Part shown: one piece after another, positions 1 through 9,294 of the stretch
Position numbering within the stretch: the stretch's first letter is position 1
How the letters are laid out: the number at the start of each line of letters is the position of its first letter
Source: Candidatus Woesearchaeota archaeon
GTDB taxonomy: Archaea; Nanobdellota; Nanobdellia; UBA10117
Length of the DNA stretch: 64,000 nucleotides
NCBI GenBank assembly: GCA_964354105.1
Contig: CAYGXM010000002.1
Coordinates: 14,398 to 78,397 of the forward strand
Direction: 5' to 3'
Position numbers and translations under genes: made by a program
Notes under the pieces: model-generated
What the model was told of the DNA's origin: nothing
Databases searched by the model: none
The model's input: only the letters and a program-made list of their open reading frames with translations

Positions 1-50
1 AATCCAACAATTTTACAAAGATTTAAATCTTTAATGGTTGATTTGTTTCT

Positions 51-698
51 ATGAGCCTTGATTCATTAATAGAGCTTCAGGAAAAACAGAAAAATACAGA
101 ACAAGAATTGAAAACTGAATTAAAAGAAAAAGCTTCTGCATTAATCTGCGATATTAAAGCCGGCAAATCAACAGGAGACAAATTCATAGACGCAGCACTT
201 TTGGGATACGAACGCTTTAGTCCAAATGATGTTATTTCTTTAATTAAAAACGTACGATCTCAGCGTAGAAATTTAGAAGCACACAGGGGAGAAAAAATTC
301 TAATCAGCTATAATACATCAGGCGCAATGATACGTTCGGGAGGCGTTACAGGACTTAACCCTGCTGAATATGATTTAGATTTCGGCGCTTGTTGGGGCAC
401 TATATCAAAAGAAGGTGATGTATTCTTAGTCGAACGTAATGAAGATACTGACGATGCAAAATATACCCCATACTTATTCTATATCAATACTGGCGGCGAA
501 CATTGGCACAAAAAAGAGCCGGGCGTCTGGTCCCGGCGTGAGCCGACATTAACCCAACAAAAATATAACCTGCCTTGCGGCGCATTTTTTATAGAAATGT
601 ATATTGATAAATACTGCATCCTGCCTACAAATCATCAAATATTCTTTGGCGATGATGCTGAAAAACAAATTCAAATACACTCTAACCATAAAGATTAA
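51..698 (+). CDS. hypothetical protein (215 aa)
   Basis: Long ORF in the same direction as the downstream AMP-salvage genes. No motif recognised. Confidence 0.45.
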   Translation: MSLDSLIELQEKQKNTEQELKTELKEKASALICDIKAGKSTGDKFIDAALLGYERFSPNDVISLIKNVRSQRRNLEAHRGEKILISYNTSGAMIRSGGVTGLNPAEYDLDFGACWGTISKEGDVFLVERNEDTDDAKYTPYLFYINTGGEHWHKKEPGVWSRREPTLTQQKYNLPCGAFFIEMYIDKYCILPTNHQIFFGDDAEKQIQIHSNHKD

Positions 699-729
699 AC
701 TTAAATAAACCCATTCTCCTAGTAAATTA

Positions 730-1524
730 ATGGCCACACTTCAGCAAGTTGTTAAAGATATCAGATCATTAAAGATACAAGGCTCGCAGACTATTGCCGA
801 ATCTGCTTTACGGGCTTGGAATTCTGCAAAAGACAAGAAAAAAGCTTCTAAATTGCTGAAAGACGCTAGACCAACAGAGCCTATGTTATTCCGCGCATTA
901 CATGCAGTTGAGACTGGTGCAGATCCTTTAAAGCTAATTGAAAAATTCAAAAAGGACAGGCAAAAGATAGCTAATTTTGGCGCAAGCCTGATTAAAAATA
1001 ATTCAATAGTGTTTACACATTGCCACAGCAGTACAGTAATTGATATCCTAAAAGCTGCAAAAGCGCAAGGAAAGAAATTTGTTGTGCATAATACCGAAAC
1101 AAGGCCTATGTTTCAGGGCCGCATCACTGCAATCGAGCTGGCAAAAGCAAAAATTCCTGTAAAGCACTTTATCGATTCTGCTGCAATGCTGGCAATGTCA
1201 AAAGCAGACATGTTTTTGGTTGGAGCCGATTGGATTTCGCCAAAAGGTGTTGCAAACAAGATAGGCACAGAAATGTTTGCCGAAATTGCAACAAAATACT
1301 TCAAAATTCCTGTTTATTGTTGCAGTCATAGCTGGAAATTTGCAGAAAAAGGAATTACAATTGAACAAAGGTCTGCAAAAGAAATCTGGCCAAATGTTCC
1401 AAAAGGCATAGATGTTCATAATCCTGCATTTGAAATTGCAGAAGCTCAACACATCAAGGGAATTATTTCAGAACTAGGCTTACTGAACTATAAGGAATTC
1501 CTAAAGAGGGTGCATAAATGGTAA
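730..1524 (+). CDS. ribose-1,5-bisphosphate isomerase (e2b2 / eIF-2B-like family)
   Basis: FTHCHSS, NTETRPMFQGRITAIELA, DSAA, VGADWISPKGVANKIGT and NPAFE match the Thermococcus R15P isomerase signature blocks. It lies immediately upstream of the form III RuBisCO. Confidence 0.8.
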   Translation: MATLQQVVKDIRSLKIQGSQTIAESALRAWNSAKDKKKASKLLKDARPTEPMLFRALHAVETGADPLKLIEKFKKDRQKIANFGASLIKNNSIVFTHCHSSTVIDILKAAKAQGKKFVVHNTETRPMFQGRITAIELAKAKIPVKHFIDSAAMLAMSKADMFLVGADWISPKGVANKIGTEMFAEIATKYFKIPVYCCSHSWKFAEKGITIEQRSAKEIWPNVPKGIDVHNPAFEIAEAQHIKGIISELGLLNYKEFLKRVHKW

Positions 1525-1874
1525 AAAAAAGAATTGGAAAAGAATTTTTTTATGAATTAATTGTATTGTGTGTATGTCTGGCATCAATTTCATTATTATA
1601 CCAAAACAATCTTTTGCTAACGCTATTTCTTGCTGGATTTTGGATAATTTGTTTAAAATTATGGCACACCAAACGCGATTTCTTTTTCTTTATATCGGGC
1701 GCTATTGTTGGACCTCTTTCAGAAATTGCATCAATTTATTTTGGCGCATGGCATTATACAAATCCAACACAATTAGGCATACCACTCTGGCTGCCTCTCG
1801 CATGGGGCATATTTACAGTTATGATAGTACGAGTTGCAGATACGTTTGCTAAATTTTGGGGTATAAAATGGTAA
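1518..1874 (+). CDS. small integral membrane protein (118 aa, 3-4 predicted TM helices)
   Basis: Hydrophobic ORF wedged between the R15P isomerase and rbcL, overlapping the first by 7 nt and the second by about 7-19 nt. Confidence 0.4.
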   Translation: MVKKRIGKEFFYELIVLCVCLASISLLYQNNLLLTLFLAGFWIICLKLWHTKRDFFFFISGAIVGPLSEIASIYFGAWHYTNPTQLGIPLWLPLAWGIFTVMIVRVADTFAKFWGIKW

Positions 1875-3145
1875 AATACCGCGGTTATCTGCAGCTGGGT
1901 TACAAGCCTGCCAGAGATGATTTGGTTATGCTGTACAAAATTAAACCAACAAAGGGAATTTCTATGGAGCAGGCTGCAGAAGCTGTTGCAGCCGAATCAT
2001 CTGTTGGAACCTGGACAGAGATTTCAACAATGTCGCCTAAAATTCAGAAGATGGGTGCTAAAGTTTTTGAGCTGAAGAATGGCTACGCAAAGATAGCTTA
2101 TCCTTTGGAACTTTTTGAGCTTGGAAATATGCCCCAGATCTGGAGTTCTGTTGCTGGAAATATCTTCAACATGAAAGACGCGGCTTGTTTGCGCCTAGAG
2201 GATGCGCGCTGGCCGGAAAAATTAGTCAAAAGCTTCTACGGGCCTAAATTCGGCATTCCTGGAATCAGAAAACTGTTAGGTGTAAGATTTAGGCCACTTT
2301 GCGGAACAATAGTAAAACCAAAATTGGGTTTGGATGAAAAAGGGCATGCCCAGGTTGCGTATAATGCATGGGTTGGCGGTTTGGATATTGTGAAGGATGA
2401 TGAAAATCTTACCTCCCAGCCGTTTAACAAATTCCAAAAAAGAGTTATCGAAACTCTAAAATTAAGGGATAAAGCTGAGAAAGAAACTGGCGAGAAAAAA
2501 ATGTACATGGCAAACGTCACTGCCGAAACTAATGAGATGATAAAGCGCGCTAAATTCATCAAGGAACAAGGCGGTGAGTATGCAATGGTTGATATTCTTA
2601 CAGTTGGCTGGTCTGGCCTGCAAACTCTGCGAGAAGAAAATGAAGATTTGAAGTTAGTTCTGCACGCGCACAGGGCAATGCATGGTGCCTTGACTCGAAA
2701 TAAAGAACATGGCATTTCAATGATGTTTATTGCTGACACTGCAAGATTGATTGGAGTTGACCAATTGCACATAGGAACAGCAGTCGGAAAGATGGAAGAG
2801 AGCAAAGAAGAAGTCATGATGATTGGTGAAGAAATTGAGCAGGGTTTTGTCAAAGAAATAGGAAAACACAGATTGCAGGAAGACTGGCACAACATTAAAC
2901 CTGTATTTGCTGTCTGCTCTGGAGGCCTGCATCCAGGATTAATTCCCCCCCTGATAAAAATGCTGGGAAATGACATAATCGTACAAGGCGGAGGCGGCGT
3001 CCACGGCCATCCCCAAGGCACTATTGCAGGAGCCAAGGCAATGAGACAGGCAATAGATGCTGTTTTGGCAGGCACAACATTAAGAGAATGGGCAAAATCA
3101 CATTATGAACTAAAACAAGCAATAGACAAATGGGGCACTTATTAG
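1856..3145 (+). CDS. rbcL: ribulose-1,5-bisphosphate carboxylase/oxygenase large subunit, archaeal form III
   Basis: Near-collinear match to archaeal RbcL: AAEAVAAESSVGTWT, GLDIVKDDENLTSQPFN, GEKKMYMANVTA, HAHRAMHGA, GIDQLHIGTA, SGGLHPG. The start may be the second Met at 1868 (MVKYRGY). Confidence 0.9.
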   Translation: MGYKMVKYRGYLQLGYKPARDDLVMLYKIKPTKGISMEQAAEAVAAESSVGTWTEISTMSPKIQKMGAKVFELKNGYAKIAYPLELFELGNMPQIWSSVAGNIFNMKDAACLRLEDARWPEKLVKSFYGPKFGIPGIRKLLGVRFRPLCGTIVKPKLGLDEKGHAQVAYNAWVGGLDIVKDDENLTSQPFNKFQKRVIETLKLRDKAEKETGEKKMYMANVTAETNEMIKRAKFIKEQGGEYAMVDILTVGWSGLQTLREENEDLKLVLHAHRAMHGALTRNKEHGISMMFIADTARLIGVDQLHIGTAVGKMEESKEEVMMIGEEIEQGFVKEIGKHRLQEDWHNIKPVFAVCSGGLHPGLIPPLIKMLGNDIIVQGGGGVHGHPQGTIAGAKAMRQAIDAVLAGTTLREWAKSHYELKQAIDKWGTY

Positions 3146-3177
3146 TAACTGTTTTATAACTTTCTTTATTTTAAGCC

Positions 3178-3483
3178 TTGATGGAAGGAAAAACTAGAGC
3201 TGCACATTTAGGCGAAAATTATGCGGTTGTGGTAGATGGCATCGTAAGTACGATTCCACCAGACGAAAGAAAAGAATATAAAACAAGGCTCATAACAGAA
3301 TTAGAAAAATATTCGTTTACAAAAAATATTCACGAGCTTGAAGGTATAATAAAAATCAATATTAAGATCCCTGAAGAGTTTGGAAAATTTATCAAAGAAG
3401 ATGTAAATTTCTATTACCAGAAAGATACAGCTAAAAGAATTCTAACCTCAATATTAACTGATTTGAGGCAGGGGAACCCTTAA
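3178..3483 (+). CDS. hypothetical protein (101 aa)
   Basis: ORF only. It is K/E-rich like the rest of the proteome. Confidence 0.35.
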   Translation: MMEGKTRAAHLGENYAVVVDGIVSTIPPDERKEYKTRLITELEKYSFTKNIHELEGIIKINIKIPEEFGKFIKEDVNFYYQKDTAKRILTSILTDLRQGNP

Positions 3484-3495
3484 AAGTTTAAATTT

Positions 3496-4710
3496 TTGAG
3501 TTTTTATATGACTCTGAACACGGATAAAATAAGGCAGGATTTCCCGATAATAGCTAGAAAAAAGCTGGTTTATTTTGACAGCGCCTGCAACAGCCTCAGG
3601 CCAAAGCAGGTTATCGATGCCATGAACCAGTATTATGAGGAATTTCCAGCATGTGCAGGCAGAAGCGCACATAAGTTAGGACAGCTTGCAACAGAAGCAT
3701 ACGCAAATGCCAGAAATAAAGTTGCAAAATTCATTGGTGCAAAGCCGAATGAAATCATTTTCACACGAAATACGACAGAAGGCATTAACTTGATTGCAAA
3801 ATGCCTTGATTTTAAGTCTGGAGATGTTGTTCTGACAACAGACAAGGAACATAATTCCAACTTACTGCCATGGCAGCAACTGGGGAAAGAAAAAGGTGTT
3901 AAGCATCAAATTTGCTATTCTAAAGCAGACGGCACATTCGACCTTGAGAGCTTCAAGAAACAGTTAGACAAAAACGTAAAATTAGTATCGCTGGTGCACA
4001 CTTCAAACTTAGATGGAACAACAATTCCTGCCAGAGAAATAATCCAATTAGCACACAAGAACGGTTCTCTTGTTTTGCTAGATGCTGCACAATCAATTCC
4101 GCATAAAAAAATTGATGTGAAAAAGCTGGATGTTGATTTTCTTGCTTTCTCAGGACACAAGATGCTAGGGCCAAGTGGAATAGGCGTGCTTTATGGCAGA
4201 TTTGAACTTTTGAAAAGCTTGAAGACATTCATGGTTGGCGGAGATACAGTGAAAAATACTACTTATGAAACTGCTGAATTCCTGCCACCACCTGAAAAGT
4301 TTGAGGCCGGCCTGCAGAATTATGCTGGAGCAATCGGCATGGCAGCTGCCTGCGATTATTTGGCTGAAATTGGCTTGGATAAAATTGAAGCTCATGAGCT
4401 CGAATTGAATGAGTACATTACCACAGCCATAAGAGATATCCCTGGTTTACATATAATAGGTCCTAAAGATGCAAAGCTCAGGGGAGGAATCATTTCCTTT
4501 GTAATTGATGACTTGGATATGCATTATGTTGCGCAACTGCTTGATAAAATGGCAAACATAGCAGTTAGATCAGGGCAGCATTGTGTTCACAGCTGGTTTA
4601 ATGCGCATAACTTGCCAGGCTCTGTAAGGGCATCTTTGTATTTGTATAATACAAAAGATGAAGCAAAGGTTTTTATTGATACTCTAAAGAAAATTGCTGA
4701 ATTAAGGTAA
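3496..4710 (+). CDS. cysteine desulfurase, SufS/CsdA-like (class V aminotransferase)
   Basis: PLP-lysine motif FSGHKMLGPSGIGVLYG, C-terminal active-site Cys in RSGQHCV, and N-terminal DSACNSLRP. Confidence 0.75.
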   Translation: MSFYMTLNTDKIRQDFPIIARKKLVYFDSACNSLRPKQVIDAMNQYYEEFPACAGRSAHKLGQLATEAYANARNKVAKFIGAKPNEIIFTRNTTEGINLIAKCLDFKSGDVVLTTDKEHNSNLLPWQQLGKEKGVKHQICYSKADGTFDLESFKKQLDKNVKLVSLVHTSNLDGTTIPAREIIQLAHKNGSLVLLDAAQSIPHKKIDVKKLDVDFLAFSGHKMLGPSGIGVLYGRFELLKSLKTFMVGGDTVKNTTYETAEFLPPPEKFEAGLQNYAGAIGMAAACDYLAEIGLDKIEAHELELNEYITTAIRDIPGLHIIGPKDAKLRGGIISFVIDDLDMHYVAQLLDKMANIAVRSGQHCVHSWFNAHNLPGSVRASLYLYNTKDEAKVFIDTLKKIAELR

Positions 4711-4716
4711 TACTAC

Positions 4717-5220
4717 ATGGTTGTCTGTATAATAGGCTTGATTGTTTTTGCGATTGCTGGAATATTCTCAGCTAAATACAGGCGGTTGGCAAAAGAAGCT
4801 TTCAGCTGCACCTTCAAGAAACTGACATTCAGGCCTTGTGATACAGGCCTTGATATAAGAATCAAGGCGCATGTTACCGCAAAATTGATCAGATGGCCTG
4901 GCACCGCAAGATTCTTTCATAAAAATTTTGAGAGAATATCCGTATTGCTTGTGATAATCATGATAATAACATTTGCATGGTCAGGCTATGTTGCGGCAAA
5001 AGGTGTCGGCAATTATGTAAAATTTGGCAATTGCAACGGGCCTAATTCTGATGAGTTCTGTATTTTCAACGTGGCAGGAGCTGAGCCCCATCAGATTGGA
5101 ACAGTTCAATGCGGCGCCTTAGACTGTATTTGTGTAACCCCTACTACAAATTGTTCAATTGGCGCTGCCGAATACATAGACTATACCCCTTGTACGGGAA
5201 GCACGTGCAGTTGTCCTTAG
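4717..5220 (+). CDS. membrane protein with Cys-rich C-terminal domain (167 aa)
   Basis: N-terminal TM helix, a second TM, then a Cys-rich tail (CNG...C, CGALDCIC, CTGSTCSC). Confidence 0.35.
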   Translation: MVVCIIGLIVFAIAGIFSAKYRRLAKEAFSCTFKKLTFRPCDTGLDIRIKAHVTAKLIRWPGTARFFHKNFERISVLLVIIMIITFAWSGYVAAKGVGNYVKFGNCNGPNSDEFCIFNVAGAEPHQIGTVQCGALDCICVTPTTNCSIGAAEYIDYTPCTGSTCSCP

Positions 5221-5257
5221 TTTTTACTGTGAAAGTGTTACAACTGTTTAAATCCTA

Positions 5258-5557
5258 TTGAAAGTTTTTGGTTTTATGGCAATACAAAAATTGAACGAAA
5301 AGCACGTGGCTATGACAGTTGGCTGCTTTGGAGCAGTCATGCACGCCATTTGGGCAGGAATAGTGTACGCAGGCATGGGACAATCGACACTAAACTTGTT
5401 GTTCGGTTTGCACTTCATGAGTGCACTGAGCATTACTGCCTTTAGCCTGTTTGAAGCTGCAAAGCTAATAATACTCGGCTTCATCGGCGGCGCACTATTT
5501 GGATGGATATTTGCGCGAATCTGGAACTGGGCGGCCACAAAAAAGTGGGCTAAGTAA
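5258..5557 (+). CDS. small membrane protein (99 aa)
   Basis: Three hydrophobic helices. Followed by a T-rich terminator. Confidence 0.35.
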   Translation: MKVFGFMAIQKLNEKHVAMTVGCFGAVMHAIWAGIVYAGMGQSTLNLLFGLHFMSALSITAFSLFEAAKLIILGFIGGALFGWIFARIWNWAATKKWAK

Positions 5558-5560
5558 ATA

Positions 5561-5590
5561 GCCCTTTTTTCTTTTTTATTTCATTTTTAA
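5561..5590. terminator. oligo-T tracts (archaeal-type intrinsic terminator) between convergent genes
   Basis: gccctttttt cttttttatt tcattttt directly after the stop at 5557, and at the 3' end of the minus gene ending at 5576. Confidence 0.35.
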
Positions 5591-6118
5591 AACAACCAAA
5601 TTAGAATGCCTTCCTTTACTATCAAATCTTTGATACTTTGTAAATGTCATTTCATATTTTCCAGAAATATTCTTTTTCCTTGCTAAATCGCTAATCATCA
5701 GGTTAGCTTTGTTATTTGCAACATAAGTTAATTGCAACTTACCGCAGTTAGTGCCTAAGGGAGGATTACCTTTGTAAGCAGAATTTTTATTTAACTTAAA
5801 GAATTCATTTAATGCATTTTCATTTTGTGCAGGAAGTGCATCGTGAAGTATTTCTCGCATTGAAATTGCCCCTACAATTTCATTTTTTGTAAATAATTTA
5901 TAATACAATAATTGAATTTCTCTACTATTAATTAGGTCCTGATAAGATGTAATTATCTCTGCAGTAAACTGCGTATCTGCATCCAAAAGTACTTTCAACA
6001 GCGTCCTATCTGGGTTAAAATACTTTAATACTGAAAATTCTAATTCTTTATTCAATTTGTCTTCTATTTTCTTAAAAAATTCTTCAACTGCCATAATAGT
6101 TAGTGGACAGTTAAACAT
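5576..6118 (-). CDS. hypothetical protein (180 aa)
   Basis: ORF convergent with 5258-5557. Confidence 0.4.
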   Translation of the reverse strand: MFNCPLTIMAVEEFFKKIEDKLNKELEFSVLKYFNPDRTLLKVLLDADTQFTAEIITSYQDLINSREIQLLYYKLFTKNEIVGAISMREILHDALPAQNENALNEFFKLNKNSAYKGNPPLGTNCGKLQLTYVANNKANLMISDLARKKNISGKYEMTFTKYQRFDSKGRHSNLVVLKMK

Positions 6119-6146
6119 TTAAAAGTAGAGCAGGCTTGAAATTAAT

Positions 6147-7403
6147 ATGGCCACTAAGCTAAAAAGGACACTTGGACTTTTTGAAACTACACTCTATGGT
6201 GTTGGTGTCATTTTAGGTGCTGGAATTTATGCTCTAATTGGAAAAGCTGCCGGACTTGCAGGCAATGCAGTCTGGGCTGCTTTCGCAATAGGCGCCTTCA
6301 TTGCTGCTTTCACAGGATTAAGCTATGCTGAACTAAGCTCGATGTTCCCAAAAGCAGGCGGGGAATATGTTTATACGGAAAAGGCATTCAACAAAAGGCT
6401 TGCTTTCTTGGTTGGTTGGTTAATTGTCGTAGGCGGCATCATTGCTGCCGCAACAATTTCTTTGGGATTTTCAGGTTATTTTTCAGTTTTATTTCACACA
6501 CCGGTAATACCAATTGCGATTGGATTAATCCTTGCACTGTCTCTGCTTAACTTTTGGGGTATTAAACAATCTGCAATTGCAGATATCATTGCAACTTTCA
6601 TAGAGGTTGGCGGGCTCATTGCAATAATCGCATTTGGCTTGAAATATGTTGGCAGTGTGGATTATACTGCATTGCCGCCACTAGGCATGCCCGGCCTATT
6701 GAGTGCGACAGCATTGATATTTTTTGCATTCCTGGGGTTTGAAGATATAGTGCGACTTTCTGAAGAAACTAAGAATCCAACTCGCACAATACCTAAGGCG
6801 CTGATATTGTCCATAATAATATCAACAATAATTTATGTCTCTGTTGCGATTGCAGCCATAAGTGTTGTTGGCTGGCAGGCCCTCTCAACTTCTGAAGCGC
6901 CATTGGCATTAGTTGCACAGACAGCATTTGGCGCAAAAGCATTTGTCGTTCTTGCAATTACCGCATTATTTGCAACGTTCAACACAGTTCTTGTAACTTT
7001 GATTGCAACATCGAGAATGATGTACGGCATGGCTGAAGACGGCGGCCTGCCAAAAATTCTTCGTGATGTTTACCCGAAATTCCAGACTCCTTGGCTCGCA
7101 ATTGCAATAACAGGTGTTGCATCCGCAGCTTTTGTCCTGTTGGGCAAAATAGAGCTTGTTGCATCACTGACGGATTTTGCGCTGTTCACTGTTTTTGCTC
7201 TCGTAAATCTTTCATTGCTGTGGTTGCGATACAAGATGCCTCATACCAGCAGGCCTTTCAAAACTCTGGCGCTTCTTGCAGTAATAGGAGCCATCTCCAG
7301 CGCAGGCATGCTGTTTTATCTGGGAAAAACTGCGTGGTTAATGGGCGCTGCAATGATAGTAACTGGATTACTGGCATATGAGCTCTTTAAAAGAAGAAAA
7401 TAA
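6147..7403 (+). CDS. APC-superfamily amino acid permease
   Basis: About 12 TM segments with the typical APC N-terminal GVGVILGAGIYALIG. 418 aa. Confidence 0.7.
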   Translation: MATKLKRTLGLFETTLYGVGVILGAGIYALIGKAAGLAGNAVWAAFAIGAFIAAFTGLSYAELSSMFPKAGGEYVYTEKAFNKRLAFLVGWLIVVGGIIAAATISLGFSGYFSVLFHTPVIPIAIGLILALSLLNFWGIKQSAIADIIATFIEVGGLIAIIAFGLKYVGSVDYTALPPLGMPGLLSATALIFFAFLGFEDIVRLSEETKNPTRTIPKALILSIIISTIIYVSVAIAAISVVGWQALSTSEAPLALVAQTAFGAKAFVVLAITALFATFNTVLVTLIATSRMMYGMAEDGGLPKILRDVYPKFQTPWLAIAITGVASAAFVLLGKIELVASLTDFALFTVFALVNLSLLWLRYKMPHTSRPFKTLALLAVIGAISSAGMLFYLGKTAWLMGAAMIVTGLLAYELFKRRK

Positions 7404-7420
7404 AAAATAAAATTCTACAA

Positions 7421-7582
7421 CTACCTGTGGCGCTTTTCTGTAACGTGATCGTAACCTGTTGCTAAAAGCACTAAACCTATTATAGCTACGCCGATGGTAT
7501 AGTTTCCAGACCAAGTAGACCACAAAGCCACTATTCCGCCAATTAGCTGTATCCAGCCGATGGTTTTTTGTTGATTTGCCAT
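7421..7582 (-). CDS. possible small membrane protein (53 aa: MANQQKTIGWIQLIGGIVALWSTWSGNYTIGVAIIGLVLLATGYDHVTEKRHR)
   Basis: Found by hand translation of the minus strand. It is not in the ORF track because it is under 60 aa. The single TM hairpin is the only evidence. Confidence 0.2.
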   Translation of the reverse strand: MANQQKTIGWIQLIGGIVALWSTWSGNYTIGVAIIGLVLLATGYDHVTEKRHR

Positions 7583-7681
7583 GTTTTGAAGACAAGATTA
7601 CGTATTATAATGATGTGTCACAACTTCCAAAAAGTCATAACTCAAACTCAGCACTCATTTGAATGGCAGAGTTTGAGGGAT

Positions 7682-7709
7682 GGAAAAATCAAGTACATGT
7701 GATTTTTCC
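7682..7709. promoter_or_regulatory. perfect 10-bp inverted repeat GGAAAAATCA-N8-TGATTTTTCC abutting a TATA-like box (TAAAATATAAT 7711-7721)
   Basis: Read directly from the sequence. It sits 37-64 nt upstream of the ATG at 7746, where a BRE/TATA-proximal operator would lie. Confidence 0.4.
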
Positions 7710-7745
7710 ATAAAATATAATAACTCGTAACCTAATTCTATCTGG

Positions 7746-8336
7746 ATGATACCTGAAGCACAGAAGGATGTTCTGTCTGTATTACAAGAAGCTATTATCG
7801 CTATTGGAACTAAGAGTTATTCTGACCTGCATGCAATCTCTGATCACATTTTGCACGCTATCGCAATATATCAGGATAAAGATACAGTAGACCTTGCAGT
7901 GGCGATATATGCCTTAAATAAGATACTGGAAATTGAGAAATATAAAGTTCATCCAAAGATGAAAAACTTTACAAAAAATATTCTAAATTTGTTTAAAGAA
8001 GCTGCGGGGCAGGTCAAGAAGAAAGATTACGCTGGTTATTCAAATACATTAAAAGAAATTTTGAATAAAATTGCAGACTTCACCAAATCGATAAAGTTCT
8101 ACATAGAAGACATCTTGCATTTTGCCAGGATTAAAAAAGGCACTAAGCTGTACGAACATGGTTTGTCGCTGGGCAAAGCTGCTGAATTAGTCGGTGTGAC
8201 GAAATGGGAGCTCATGCCCGCTATTGGGGAAACTGCAATACATGAGCAGCTTGGGACTCCAAGAGACATAGGCGAACAAAAAATAGCCTTTGTCAAAAAA
8301 TTATTCAAGAAAAACAAGAAACGGGGCAGAACATGA
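7746..8336 (+). CDS. hypothetical protein with possible helix-turn-helix (196 aa)
   Basis: LSLGKAAELVGVTKWEL resembles an HTH. It overlaps the next gene by 4 nt (ATGA). Confidence 0.4.
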   Translation: MIPEAQKDVLSVLQEAIIAIGTKSYSDLHAISDHILHAIAIYQDKDTVDLAVAIYALNKILEIEKYKVHPKMKNFTKNILNLFKEAAGQVKKKDYAGYSNTLKEILNKIADFTKSIKFYIEDILHFARIKKGTKLYEHGLSLGKAAELVGVTKWELMPAIGETAIHEQLGTPRDIGEQKIAFVKKLFKKNKKRGRT

Positions 8337-9010
8337 GTATTTTTTTTGATTCTTCTGCACTAATCAGCATGGCCGTGACCTGCTCGCTTCCTCTTTTAAG
8401 AAAGCTGAAGAAAGCTTACGCCGGCGAGTTTTACATAACGGATACTGTTTACCAGGAAACTATAGGGCGGGCACTCCAGTCCTTGAGATTTAGATACGAA
8501 GGCCACAGGTTAAAAGAGCTCCTGGATGAAGGCATAATAAAAATTTATCCGGATAAACAGCTTCAAAACAGCATGACAGAGCTAATGAATTTAATTAACA
8601 ACACATATTTTACAGAGGGGCAACCTTTGACCATTGTGCAGAAAGGAGAGATGTCTGCAATAATCGCGTGTATAAAAGAGAATGGTGATACAGTCGCGGT
8701 GGATGAAAGAACTGCCAGGCTCTTAGTAGAAAGTCCGGAAATGCTCAAGCCCTGGCTCGAGGCAAAATTTCACACCCACTTAATTATTAATGAAGACAGC
8801 GCAGATAAATGGAGAACGCAAATTTCTGAAAAATTTCTGCCCTTGCGCTCAGCGGAATTTGCGCTTGCGGCCTGGCAGAAAGGAATCCTGGGCAAAGACA
8901 AAGATGTCTTTTATGGCCTGCTTTGGGCCCTAAAGTTTGCCGGCTGCTCCATGACTGAGCAGGAAATAAACTTTTATATGAAAGGTGCAATTGAGCAATA
9001 TGGCCCGTAA
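8333..9010 (+). CDS. PIN-like domain protein (putative nuclease), 225 aa
   Basis: The N-terminus IFFDSSALIS fits the first acidic PIN motif, with further acidic residues (YQETIG, AVDERT) at plausible spacing. Weak. Confidence 0.35.
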   Translation: MSIFFDSSALISMAVTCSLPLLRKLKKAYAGEFYITDTVYQETIGRALQSLRFRYEGHRLKELLDEGIIKIYPDKQLQNSMTELMNLINNTYFTEGQPLTIVQKGEMSAIIACIKENGDTVAVDERTARLLVESPEMLKPWLEAKFHTHLIINEDSADKWRTQISEKFLPLRSAEFALAAWQKGILGKDKDVFYGLLWALKFAGCSMTEQEINFYMKGAIEQYGP

Positions 9011-9293
9011 CAACAGACAACTAATCTTGCTGGAAGAGCAGACCATTCTTTCCAGAGAAAGAACTATGCAACAATACATGTCTACCGGCCTGGCATTTAT
9101 TGCACTTGGTGTTGTAATAATACAGCTGCTTGGAAAAGTCCCATATAATACATACATAGGTAGTTTACTTATTGCTATTGGATTCTGGCAAGTTTGGCAG
9201 GCATACTTGCGGCATAAACGTTACAGGAAATTAGCAAGAAAATTACGCTACAGAGAGAAAAAATTAGGCCTGGAAGTGGGCGAAGAAGACTAA
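8985..9293 (+). CDS. DUF202/YidH-like small membrane protein
   Basis: N-terminal LEEQTILSRERT followed by two TM helices. Confidence 0.35.
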   Translation: MQLSNMARNNRQLILLEEQTILSRERTMQQYMSTGLAFIALGVVIIQLLGKVPYNTYIGSLLIAIGFWQVWQAYLRHKRYRKLARKLRYREKKLGLEVGEED

Positions 9294-9294
9294 C

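Noticed and set aside
2236-3075. 279-aa minus-strand ORF inside rbcL
   Set aside because: rbcL is unambiguously identified on the plus strand. The antisense ORF has no recognisable features.
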